Origin: Sulfurovaceae bacterium
GTDB lineage: Bacteria > Campylobacterota > Campylobacteria > Campylobacterales > Sulfurovaceae
DNA: 32,336 nt
Assembly: GCA_029933395.1 (NCBI GenBank)
Contig: JAOZOG010000003.1
Coordinates: 1-32,336, forward strand
Direction: 5' to 3'
Shown here: positions 1 through 7,383 of the stretch, piece after piece
Layout: every line of letters begins with the position of its first letter
How positions within the stretch are numbered: the stretch's first letter is position 1
Translations under genes and position numbers: made by a program
Notes under the pieces: model-generated
Seen by the model: only the letters and a program-made list of their open reading frames with translations
What the model was told of the DNA's origin: nothing
The model's database searches: none

Positions 1-313
1 CATACTCACTGAGCAGATGTTTGGCGCTTTGAATGAGAGGATGGTCAGGCTTGAGACTGGGTGTTGTGACTTCTAGTTCACTGGCATCGGGGTCGAAAAG
101 GTGGGAGGGGAGGATCTGGTTTCCCTCTTCATCCGTGAAAGGCTTTGCCGTTCTGTCATCAAAGAAAGTGCAGCCACCACCCAGTGCTTTGGCGATGGCC
201 CGGGTAGTGATGCCGTAGCCGAAAAGGGAAAGCCCTTTTAGTGAAGAGTGAAGAGTGAAGAGTGAAGAGTGTTTGTGTGTTTTACTTTGCAAAACTTTTG
301 TTTTATTTTTCAT
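1..313 (-). CDS. murD: UDP-N-acetylmuramoylalanine--D-glutamate ligase MurD, N-terminal fragment running off the left edge; start unresolved
   Basis: The minus-strand translation from about 236 down to 1 reads LKGLSLFGYGITTRAIAKALGGGCTFFDDRTAKPFTDEEGNQILPSHLFDPDASELEVTTPSLKPDHPLIQSAKHLLSEY. This is the GxGxT nucleotide-binding N-terminus typical of MurD, and it lies downstream of mraY as in dcw clusters. The only in-frame start codons are TTG 290-292 and ATG 311-313. Confidence 0.7.
   Translation of the reverse strand, partial: MKNKTKVLQSKTHKHSSLFTLHSSLKGLSLFGYGITTRAIAKALGGGCTFFDDRTAKPFTDEEGNQILPSHLFDPDASELEVTTPSLKPDHPLIQSAKHLLSEY
241..271. repeat. Tandem heptamer array (GTGAAGA x about 4.4), left arm of an inverted repeat
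   Basis: Read directly: gtgaagagtgaagagtgaagagtgaagagtg. Positions 241-270 are complementary to 709-738 at 28 of 30 positions. Confidence 0.9.
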
Positions 314-659
314 TGTAGTTTTCTTTTGCTGTTTTTATACTTGAAGCTAAAATCTTTATCAGGCTTTCGGTATCATCTAGCATACTTTCAGCCGCTCTTT
401 TTTCTAGATATTGGCAATCCTTCAAAAGTCTTAACCAGTATTTTGTTTCATTGGCCTCTTTTAGTGAAATCGATAGTTTATTGATAAAATCTAATTTTGA
501 TTGGGCATATTTTCCTTCTGCAACAAGTGCCCCTATTGCTGTTCCTGAACGCAATAGCTGCTTACTTAAAATATACTCTTTTTTTTCTTGCTGGAGATGC
601 TTGCTGCATTTTACTATTCGAATTGAAAAATCATAACTTTTATCTTCTAATACACCCAT
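303..659 (-). CDS. Four-helix-bundle protein (23S rRNA intervening-sequence protein / Avd-like family)
   Basis: 118-aa ORF predicted to be all-helical (..LLRSGTAIGALVAEG..SKLDFINKLSISLKEANETKYWLRLL..). It resembles the TIGR02436/PF05635 family from memory. The gene is bracketed by inverted repeat arms. Confidence 0.7.
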   Translation of the reverse strand: MGVLEDKSYDFSIRIVKCSKHLQQEKKEYILSKQLLRSGTAIGALVAEGKYAQSKLDFINKLSISLKEANETKYWLRLLKDCQYLEKRAAESMLDDTESLIKILASSIKTAKENYNEK

Positions 660-708
660 ATATCACCCGGCCCTAGTAATAGCTTTTCTAAAAGAAAAGC
701 ATACCAAA

Positions 709-740
709 ACTCTTCACTCTTCACTCTTAATTCTTCACTT
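709..740. repeat. Inverted copy of the heptamer array (TCTTCAC units), right arm
   Basis: Sequence is actcttcactcttcactcttaattcttcactt. It lies 17 nt past the mraY stop and 50 nt upstream of the four-helix-bundle gene start. Confidence 0.9.
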
Positions 741-756
741 TGAAGCAGAGCTTCAA

Positions 757-1815
757 TCATCGGAACTTAAACGAAACCAACGCCAACACATTACTGATCA
801 GCGCAATCATCCAGAAGCGAACGATGATTTTGTTTTCGGACCATTTTTTGAGTTCGAAGTGGTGGTGGATGGGGGCCATGAGGAAGATGCGTTTGCCCCG
901 GAGTTTGAAGCTGAGTACCTGCAGGATGACAGAGAGGGTTTCGATGACGAAGATGAAACCGATAAGCAGGAGGAGGACTTCGCTTTTGCCGAGGATTGCG
1001 AGGTAGGCGATGATGCCGCCGATGGAGAGGCTGCCGGTGTCGCCCATGAAGAGTTCGGCGGGGTAGCAGTTGTACCAGAGGAAGCCGAGCAGACCGCCGG
1101 CAAAACTGGCTGCAAGGATCGTCACTTCACCGACCCCTTTGATATTGGGAACGAGAAGGTAGTCACTGATAATGGCATGGCCGGTGACATAGGCGATCAT
1201 CCCCAGGGAACCCAGGGCGATGACGGAGGGGACAGTGGCGAGCCCATCGAGTCCATCGGTGAGATTGACGGCGTTGCTGGTCGCAAGGAAAAGCAGGAGC
1301 CAGAAAGGGATCGCAAAGTAACCCATATCAAAAAGCGGCGTCTTGACGAAGGGGACATAGAGTGTGGTGGGAAAGTCGGAGTAGATCAGGATCCCGGTGA
1401 CAATGAGGCCTACGACGATCTGCAGCATCAGTTTGCCGCGGGGAGTCAGTCCTTCGAGATTGTCGCGCGAGATGACTTTGCCCAGATCGTCTTTGAGTCC
1501 GACCAGGCCGAAGCCGATGATGCTGATCAGGCCCGCGACGATATAGATATTGCCCAGATTGGCAGTGATGAGGATGGCGATCACGATGGCGACTAGAAAG
1601 ATGGCGCCGCCCATTGTGGGGGTGTGTCGCTTGCCGTCATGGGCGGGAACGTATTTGCTGATAGGCTGATTAGCGTTTTTGGCGAGGGCCCAGGCGATAT
1701 AGCGAGGGAAGAGATAGAGTGTCAAAGCGAAGGCGATAATAAATCCAAAACCTGCACGAACGGTGATATAGGAAAAGAGATTGATATCAAAAAATTGATA
1801 TAATGCATACAACAT
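757..1815 (-). CDS. mraY: Phospho-N-acetylmuramoyl-pentapeptide transferase
   Basis: 352-aa polytopic membrane protein with MraY-like sequence throughout (..HTPTMGG.., ..[13 protein letters not shown].., ..MGDTGSL..). Its length and its position next to murD fit. Confidence 0.95.
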   Translation of the reverse strand: MLYALYQFFDINLFSYITVRAGFGFIIAFALTLYLFPRYIAWALAKNANQPISKYVPAHDGKRHTPTMGGAIFLVAIVIAILITANLGNIYIVAGLISIIGFGLVGLKDDLGKVISRDNLEGLTPRGKLMLQIVVGLIVTGILIYSDFPTTLYVPFVKTPLFDMGYFAIPFWLLLFLATSNAVNLTDGLDGLATVPSVIALGSLGMIAYVTGHAIISDYLLVPNIKGVGEVTILAASFAGGLLGFLWYNCYPAELFMGDTGSLSIGGIIAYLAILGKSEVLLLLIGFIFVIETLSVILQVLSFKLRGKRIFLMAPIHHHFELKKWSENKIIVRFWMIALISNVLALVSFKFR

Positions 1816-1887
1816 AAAAGAACTGCCTTCGAAATAAATGATGGTGGATATTCTACAATGATTTTGATTAAGTGAGGATGGTAAAAA

Positions 1888-3369
1888 ATGGCGATACAGA
1901 AAACATTATTGGTGATAACGGATGGAATCGGATGCAAGCCAAACAGTGTCTGCAATGCATTTAAGGATGCAGATAAGCCAACCTTCGACAAGCTTCTGGC
2001 TGAGGCACCCAAAGCGCTGATCCATACTTCCGGACTGAGTGTCGGCCTGCCCGAAGGACAGATGGGCAACTCGGAAGTGGGGCATATGACGATCGGAAGC
2101 GGCAGAATCCTCTATCAGGATCTGGTCAAAATCTCTCTGGCACTGGAGGATGGCAGCATCGAAGAGAATGAAGCGCTCAAGAAGACACTCGAGAAGAGTG
2201 AAAGAGTCCACCTGATCGGTCTGATGAGTGATGGCGGTGTCCATTCGCATATCGATCATATCATCGGTTTTGCGAAGCTGGCGAAGCGCAGAGGAAAGCG
2301 GGTCTTTCTGCATCTGATCACGGATGGCCGTGATGTGAGCCCCACTTCGAGCAAAACCTACCTCAAGCAGATCGAAGCGATCTGTGATGACGATATCTCC
2401 ATCGCGACGATCGGTGGACGCTTCTATGCAATGGATAGAGATAACCGCTGGGAGAGAGTGGAGCGTGGATATCGTGCGATCGCCGAAGCGGAACCCAAAA
2501 CCTCTCTGAGTCCGGAAGCGTATGTCGATGCAAGCTATGAAAAGGGTGAGACGGATGAGTTTATCGAGCCGGTCGCTTTCGAAGGGTATGACGGGATGCA
2601 GAGTGGCGATGCGGTGATTATGATGAACTTCAGAAGCGACAGGGTACGGGAGATCACGACAGCACTGGGGGATGAGAACTTCTCCGAGTTCGAGAGGAAG
2701 TTTATCCCTCTGCACATCGCTACGATGACACAGTATGATGCCAGTTTCCCCTATCCGGTACTCTTCCCCAAAGAGGCTCCGAAGAATACATTGGCTGAAG
2801 TGATCAGCAGGGCAGGATTGACACAGCTGCATACTGCAGAGACAGAGAAGTACGCCCATGTGACCTTCTTCTTCAACGGCGGCATAGAAGAGCCCTATCC
2901 CGGCGAAAGCAGGGTACTGATTCCCAGCCCCAGTGTCAAAACCTATGACCTGAAACCGGAGATGAGTGCGCCCGAAGTGGGTGAAGCGGTACGTAAAGCG
3001 ATGGATGAGCATTACGACTTCGTTGTTGTCAACTTCGCCAACGGAGATATGGTAGGGCATACCGGTAATTTCGAGGCGGCAAAAAAAGCGGTACATGCCG
3101 TCGATACGGAGCTGGGCAAAATTCTCGAAAAAGCCAAAGAAGATGGCTATGCTGTCATCATCACCTCCGATCACGGTAACTGTGAAGAGATGATGGATGC
3201 AGAGGGGAATATCCTGACCAACCATACAGTCGGCGATGTCTGGTGCTATATCCTCGCGGATGGTGTCGATCATGTCAAAGAGGATAAGGGTCTCAACAAC
3301 GTGGCACCGACGGTCCTGAAGTTGATGGGTCTGCCGATTCCCGAAGAGATGGATGAGCCGCTGATATAG
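1888..3369 (+). CDS. gpmI: 2,3-bisphosphoglycerate-independent phosphoglycerate mutase
   Basis: 493 aa. iPGM motifs are present: [40 protein letters not shown]. Confidence 0.95.
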   Translation: MAIQKTLLVITDGIGCKPNSVCNAFKDADKPTFDKLLAEAPKALIHTSGLSVGLPEGQMGNSEVGHMTIGSGRILYQDLVKISLALEDGSIEENEALKKTLEKSERVHLIGLMSDGGVHSHIDHIIGFAKLAKRRGKRVFLHLITDGRDVSPTSSKTYLKQIEAICDDDISIATIGGRFYAMDRDNRWERVERGYRAIAEAEPKTSLSPEAYVDASYEKGETDEFIEPVAFEGYDGMQSGDAVIMMNFRSDRVREITTALGDENFSEFERKFIPLHIATMTQYDASFPYPVLFPKEAPKNTLAEVISRAGLTQLHTAETEKYAHVTFFFNGGIEEPYPGESRVLIPSPSVKTYDLKPEMSAPEVGEAVRKAMDEHYDFVVVNFANGDMVGHTGNFEAAKKAVHAVDTELGKILEKAKEDGYAVIITSDHGNCEEMMDAEGNILTNHTVGDVWCYILADGVDHVKEDKGLNNVAPTVLKLMGLPIPEEMDEPLI

Positions 3370-3398
3370 TTGACTAATTGTCTTATATTCAATATGAT
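3370..3398 (+). promoter_or_regulatory. Sigma70-like promoter candidate TTGACT-N17-TATGAT
   Basis: TTGACT at 3370-3375 and TATGAT at 3393-3398, with a 17-nt spacer. It starts right after the gpmI stop and lies 27 nt upstream of the 3425 ATG. Confidence 0.4.
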
Positions 3399-3424
3399 AT
3401 AGAAAAATAAAAAAGGTAGTTGCC

Positions 3425-3772
3425 ATGGAGAAGAAAATCAAGCAATCCGTTGCCACCTTACTTGCCCATATTATCAAAATGGACGAGAGGGATGTAGAGA
3501 AGGAGGCACCGCTTTTTTGCTCCCTGATGAAGCAGGATTTTGACTGTGACCCCGAAGAGGCGAAAGCTTTTTTGCATCAAGCGATTGTAGAAGACTATGA
3601 TCTGGATGAACATTTGAATATCATCAATGAAGCGTTGTGCAACGATCAGTTGAGCAAAATGCATATTCTGGAGCAATTCAATCATATTATCTACTCCGAC
3701 AAATTTACCGATGAGGATTATGAGGAGTTCGAGAGGATCAAGGATAAGCTTTTTACCTGTGATTCGAAGTGA
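3425..3772 (+). CDS. Hypothetical acidic protein (possibly TerB-like helical fold)
   Basis: 115-aa ORF with its own promoter-like signal. I recognise no diagnostic motif; the weak resemblance to TerB/DjlA-N type helical proteins is only an impression. Confidence 0.5.
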   Translation: MEKKIKQSVATLLAHIIKMDERDVEKEAPLFCSLMKQDFDCDPEEAKAFLHQAIVEDYDLDEHLNIINEALCNDQLSKMHILEQFNHIIYSDKFTDEDYEEFERIKDKLFTCDSK

Positions 3773-3788
3773 TTGTTTGCAGGGCCAT

Positions 3789-3880
3789 TGCAGGGTGGGT
3801 TTTCAAACCCACCAATCGAAATATTAAATGATGTGGTGGTGTGATTGAGGAGAATGGTGGGCTTGAAAGCCCACCCTACA
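3789..3880. repeat. REP doublet (REPIN-like): two inverted copies of TG(C/T)AGGGTGGG-YTTTCAAR-CCCACCA
   Basis: Copy 1 is 3789-3816, tgcagggtgggttttcaaacccaccaat. Copy 2 is 3853-3880, whose reverse complement is tgtagggtgggctttcaagcccaccatt. Each copy is a hairpin, and the stem differences between copies are compensatory (T..A versus C..G). Confidence 0.8.
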
Positions 3881-3924
3881 GAAACATTATCAATTCAAAA
3901 AAGATGAAAGAAAAGGGAATCAAA

Positions 3925-4668
3925 ATGAAATTTACAGGAAAAAATGTACTGGTCACCGGTGCGAGTAGAGGTATCGGGGCAGAGATCGCCAAAGGATTGG
4001 CGGCGATGGGGCTCAAAGTCTGGGTCAATTATCGTAGCGGCGAAGCAGAAGCGGCAGCAGTCAAAGAGACGATTGAGGCAACTGGTGGCGAGGCGGAGAC
4101 GATCGGTTTTGATGTCAGCGATGAGGCTGCTTTTGTCGCTGCAATCAAAGAGATCGTTGGTGCAGATGGAGAGTTAAGCTATCTGGTCAACAATGCCGGT
4201 ATCACCAACGACAAACTGGCGATGCGGATGAAAGAGGCGGATTTTATGTCGGTGATCGAAGCCAATCTCAAATCGACTTTCATCGGTTGTCGAGAAGCAG
4301 TGAAGGTGATGGGCAAAAAGCGTTTCGGTGCCGTGGTCAATATCGCTTCCATCGTAGGAGAAACAGGCAATGCCGGACAGACCAACTACGCCGCAAGCAA
4401 AGGCGGTACGATCGCGATGACCAAATCCTTCGCACTGGAGGCGGCACCGAGAAATATCCGCTTCAACACAATCACTCCGGGCTTTATCGCGACTGAGATG
4501 ACTGATGTGCTCAAAGATGAGGTCAAGGAGGCCTTCATCGCCAAGATTCCGTTGGGCCGATTTGGAGAGCCCAGAGAGGTCGCCGAGGCAGTGGCCTTCC
4601 TTCTCTCTGACCACTCCAGCTATATTACAGGTGAGACGCTGAGAGTCAACGGCGGGATGCTGATGTAA
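3925..4668 (+). CDS. fabG: 3-oxoacyl-[acyl-carrier-protein] reductase
   Basis: 247 aa from ATG 3925 (MKFTGKNVLVTGASRGIGAEIA..), with the SDR TGxxxGIG motif, NNAG, and YAASKGG (YxxxK). The RBS aaaaggga lies upstream. The track ORF starting at 3841 begins inside the REP element and is unlikely. Confidence 0.93.
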   Translation: MKFTGKNVLVTGASRGIGAEIAKGLAAMGLKVWVNYRSGEAEAAAVKETIEATGGEAETIGFDVSDEAAFVAAIKEIVGADGELSYLVNNAGITNDKLAMRMKEADFMSVIEANLKSTFIGCREAVKVMGKKRFGAVVNIASIVGETGNAGQTNYAASKGGTIAMTKSFALEAAPRNIRFNTITPGFIATEMTDVLKDEVKEAFIAKIPLGRFGEPREVAEAVAFLLSDHSSYITGETLRVNGGMLM

Positions 4669-4720
4669 TTTTGGCCGGGGGTGGTGATGAGCTTTTTGGG
4701 TTCAGGATAGCAATCCAGCC

Positions 4721-4788
4721 GTAGCGTGGGCATTCCTGCCCACGAATCAACGATGCACTTCTGTCGTGGGCAGGAATGCCCACGCTAC
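4721..4788. repeat. REP doublet (REPIN-like): perfect 25-bp inverted copies of GTAGCGTGGGCATTCCTGCCCACGA
   Basis: Positions 4721-4745 and 4764-4788 are exact reverse complements separated by 18 bp. Each copy has a GTAG head followed by the hairpin cgtgggca-ttcc-tgcccacg. The doublet lies 53 nt after the fabG stop. Confidence 0.85.
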
Positions 4789-4838
4789 ATATGGCAAGGG
4801 CGGAGAGTATGTAATATTTTGGAAAAGGGGAGGTGTCA

Positions 4839-5507
4839 ATGTCTGCGACTATTTTGTTGCTTGAAGATGACAGACTTTTCAACGAAACACTTCAGGATTT
4901 CCTCGAGGAGGAGGGATATGGGCTGCACTATGCACTCGACCCCTATACTGCCCTCGATCTGACCTATGAGCATAAATTCGACCTCTATCTCTTTGATGTC
5001 AATCTCCCCTATGAGAGTGGTTTCGACCTGCTCAGGAAACTCCGGGAGAGTGGTGATACGACACCAACGATTTTTATCACTTCACGCAGCGACAAAGATT
5101 CTCTGCGCGAGGGTTTCGTGACGGGGGCGGATGACTATCTGAAAAAGCCTGTCGATCTCGATGAGCTGCTTTTGCGTATCGATGCGGTACTCAGACGACA
5201 GGTGCGCAGCGAGCATATTCCGATAGGCCACTACAAGCTCGACAGTAAAAAGAAAAAACTCTACCTGAACGAAAGTGAGATAGAGATGCCTGCCAAAGTG
5301 ATCGACCTTCTGCACCTTCTCATCTCCTCCCAGGGGGAGATCGTCTCCTCGGATGAGATCAAAGATCGTCTCTGGCCCGCCAGCCAGGAGGCCAGCGAGG
5401 GGTCGATCCGTGTCTATATCGCCAAGCTCAAAAAATATTTTCCAGATGCAATAGAGAACATCCGTGGTGTCGGGTATCGCTTTGTGCTGCCCCGACAGGA
5501 GCTTTAG
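4839..5507 (+). CDS. OmpR/PhoB-family response regulator (receiver plus winged-helix DNA-binding domain)
   Basis: Receiver motifs LLLEDD, DLYLFDVNLP and YLKKP are present, and the C-terminal winged helix ends ..IENIRGVGYRF. ATG 4839 is preferred over GTG 4833 because of the ggagg RBS ending at 4832. Confidence 0.9.
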   Translation: MSATILLLEDDRLFNETLQDFLEEEGYGLHYALDPYTALDLTYEHKFDLYLFDVNLPYESGFDLLRKLRESGDTTPTIFITSRSDKDSLREGFVTGADDYLKKPVDLDELLLRIDAVLRRQVRSEHIPIGHYKLDSKKKKLYLNESEIEMPAKVIDLLHLLISSQGEIVSSDEIKDRLWPASQEASEGSIRVYIAKLKKYFPDAIENIRGVGYRFVLPRQEL

Positions 5508-6368
5508 ATGCCAAAAGCAGGCCGCCGACATACCATCAGCCTGCTCTATGCAGCACTTGTTTATTTTCTGAGTGTTGTGCTGCTTCTGGCACTGCTCTAC
5601 TGGTTTCTTCTGCTCAATGGATTTGACAAGGCGGATTTTTTGCTGGGAGCGGGAGCTGTGGCGGTTTTGGCGATGATCCTGGGGTATATCCTCTCTGGCG
5701 ATATCCTGGCGCCCAAGCAGGAGATGGACGCGAGGTTTCTGCATCTGAGCAAAGAGATTCTGCACGAACTCAATCTGCCTCTGGCAACGATCGAAGCCAA
5801 CAGTAAAATGCTGAAAAAAGCACATAGTGATGAGAAAACACAGAAGCGGCTGAAACGTATCGATGCGGCTTCTGTACGGCTAAAGCGGCTCTATGATGAG
5901 CTGGTCTATACGATCAACAAAGAGATCTACAATGTAGAAAAAGAGCACTTCTCTCTCTTGGCGCTGATCGAAGAGCGGGTCGAGGCGATGAAGGAGCTTG
6001 GCCGCAATCCTTTTCATCTCGAAGTTTCAGACCGCACCCTTTTTGCCGACAGAATCGGTTTTGAGCAGATGGTCGACAACCTGCTCAGCAATGCGATGAA
6101 GTATAGCAGCAGGGAGGCACCGATCAGGATCGCTACCGAGGGAAACAAGCTGGTGATAGAGGATCAGGGCATCGGGATGAGCGAGAGTGAGCTGGTGCAG
6201 ATTTTTGAACGCTACTATCAGTCCGACAGTAAGCAAAAAGGGGAGGGGATCGGTCTGGCACTCGTCAAAGCGTATTGTGATGAAGCGAAAATAGGGATCG
6301 CGATCTTGTCGAAGCCGGGAGAGGGGACGACCGTAAAATTGGATTTAACACAGTGTATTGCTGCCTGA
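5508..6368 (+). CDS. Sensor histidine kinase with two closely spaced TM helices and no sizeable periplasmic domain
   Basis: H-box HELNLPLATIEAN, N-box LLSNAMKYS, G1 EDQGIGM and G2 GEGIGLALV are present. The start codon abuts the regulator stop (TAGATG). Confidence 0.9.
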   Translation: MPKAGRRHTISLLYAALVYFLSVVLLLALLYWFLLLNGFDKADFLLGAGAVAVLAMILGYILSGDILAPKQEMDARFLHLSKEILHELNLPLATIEANSKMLKKAHSDEKTQKRLKRIDAASVRLKRLYDELVYTINKEIYNVEKEHFSLLALIEERVEAMKELGRNPFHLEVSDRTLFADRIGFEQMVDNLLSNAMKYSSREAPIRIATEGNKLVIEDQGIGMSESELVQIFERYYQSDSKQKGEGIGLALVKAYCDEAKIGIAILSKPGEGTTVKLDLTQCIAA

Positions 6369-6377
6369 AAACCGGCC

Positions 6378-6409
6378 TTAACGGTGAATTAACATTCATT
6401 TGTTACACT
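6378..6409 (+). promoter_or_regulatory. TTAAC direct repeat (11-bp phase) plus N4 plus TACACT -10-like box upstream of tonB
   Basis: ttaacggtgaa at 6378-6388, ttaacattcat at 6389-6399, ttgt, then tacact at 6404-6409. The architecture matches those at 7319 and 20429. Confidence 0.5.
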
Positions 6410-6507
6410 GCTTCGTCCCAAAATAGACTTGCCTTCTACAGGGTTGCAGCGTTTTCCCCTCCTGATTGTGAGCGATGGTTTTGGGATAGACTCTATGGGA
6501 TGAGTGC

Positions 6508-7308
6508 ATGAGCCGATTGTCGGAACAAACAAAACGGGATATACTCTCTTTTTCTATCACGTTGTCACTCTATCTTGGCCTCTTTTTCCTGTGGATATAC
6601 GCTTTTCAAACACTCACACCCTCTTTGGTACAGCCCAATGTCAATACAGTCACACTGAATCTCGATGACTTCACAAAAGAGACCCCGGAAGATATACCCA
6701 TCGAGGAGAAGCAGGAAGAGACCGCAGATGAGCCGGAACCTGTCGAGCAGGAGGAAATGCAGAAGGAGGAGCCTGAGAAGAAAGAGCCAATCGAGGTACC
6801 GCAACCCGAGGAGCCGCCGACCCCCAAAGAGCCCGAACCGGAACCCATAGTCGAAGCCCCGCCACCTCAGCCTCTCAGCGAAAAACCCAAAGCGCAGGTC
6901 GTCGAAAAACCAAAGATCAAAAAACGCATGCCTAAAAAAGTCGCCAAAAAAAAGAGGCACACCAAAAAGAAGAAAAAAAGTGTCAAACGTCGCAGTTCCA
7001 GTGCCCCCAGAAAAGCGAGACGAAGCGGCGGTGTCGGCAGCAGCCGTTTTGTTGCCAGGCTCAAAGCCAAAATCAATGCGCACAAGAGTTATCCCCGTAT
7101 CGCACGAAAAAGAGGGATGCAGGGCAGTGTCAGGGTGAAGTTTCGCATCTCTTCGACAGGCAAACTCTCAGGACTCAGTGTATCGGGACCCCGAATCTTC
7201 CTCAACTCTGCCAGACAGGCAGTGAAGAGCGCTTTTCCTCTCTCCACGAGGGGGGCTTCTCTGCCTATGACAGTCAATCTGACACTGAATTACCACTTAA
7301 AAAAATAA
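6508..7308 (+). CDS. tonB: TonB-family energy transducer
   Basis: N-terminal TM helix, a Glu/Pro/Lys-rich spacer (..EEPPTPKEPEPEPIVEAPPPQP..), and a C-terminal TonB domain (YPRIARKRGMQGSVRVKFRISSTGKL). Confidence 0.88.
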   Translation: MSRLSEQTKRDILSFSITLSLYLGLFFLWIYAFQTLTPSLVQPNVNTVTLNLDDFTKETPEDIPIEEKQEETADEPEPVEQEEMQKEEPEKKEPIEVPQPEEPPTPKEPEPEPIVEAPPPQPLSEKPKAQVVEKPKIKKRMPKKVAKKKRHTKKKKKSVKRRSSSAPRKARRSGGVGSSRFVARLKAKINAHKSYPRIARKRGMQGSVRVKFRISSTGKLSGLSVSGPRIFLNSARQAVKSAFPLSTRGASLPMTVNLTLNYHLKK

Positions 7309-7318
7309 AATATACTGC

Positions 7319-7350
7319 TTAACACCAATTTAACAAATATTTATCATAAT
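7319..7350 (+). promoter_or_regulatory. TTAACA direct repeat (11-bp phase) plus N4 plus CATAAT -10 box upstream of the TonB-dependent receptor
   Basis: ttaacaccaat at 7319-7329, ttaacaaatat at 7330-7340, ttat, then cataat at 7345-7350. The ATG is at 7384. Confidence 0.55.
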
Positions 7351-7383
7351 TTTTCCACATCATTATAAAACAAGGAAGTCAAG

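Noticed and set aside
33-218. 61-aa ORF on the plus strand at the left edge.
   Set aside because: It is antisense to the clearly MurD-like reading frame.
241-740. Heptamer arrays considered as a CRISPR array, or the four-helix-bundle gene as part of a diversity-generating retroelement.
   Set aside because: The 7-bp units are contiguous with no spacers, so this is not a CRISPR array. No reverse transcriptase or template/variable repeat pair is present anywhere in the window.
1906-3477. 523-aa ORF antisense to gpmI. Similar long antisense ORFs: 859-1596 (+) over mraY, 8254-9144 (-) over the receptor, 14359-15450 (-) over nosG, 16416-17726 (-) over nosH, 28059-28952 (-) over accA, and 22576-23301 (-) over the permease.
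   Set aside because: Each lies entirely opposite a gene with unmistakable family motifs. Their products are low-complexity or lack any recognisable motif. These are typical shadow ORFs caused by codon bias.
3841-3924. N-terminal extension of fabG from GTG 3841, as in the ORF track.
   Set aside because: The extension starts inside the REP hairpin and adds a non-SDR leader. ATG 3925 has an RBS and gives the canonical MKF.GK..LVTGASRGIG start.
4726-4962. 78-aa ORF (+) and the 4646-4882 ORF (-) across the fabG-regulator spacer.
   Set aside because: Both are read through the REP doublet palindromes. They have no RBS or motif, and they overlap the response-regulator start.
6565-7083. Several overlapping ORFs on both strands within tonB (for example 6565-7083 -, 6606-6848 -, 6665-6850 +).
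   Set aside because: They arise from the repetitive Glu/Pro/Lys-coding region. The plus-strand frame with the C-terminal TonB domain is the only one with a family signature.
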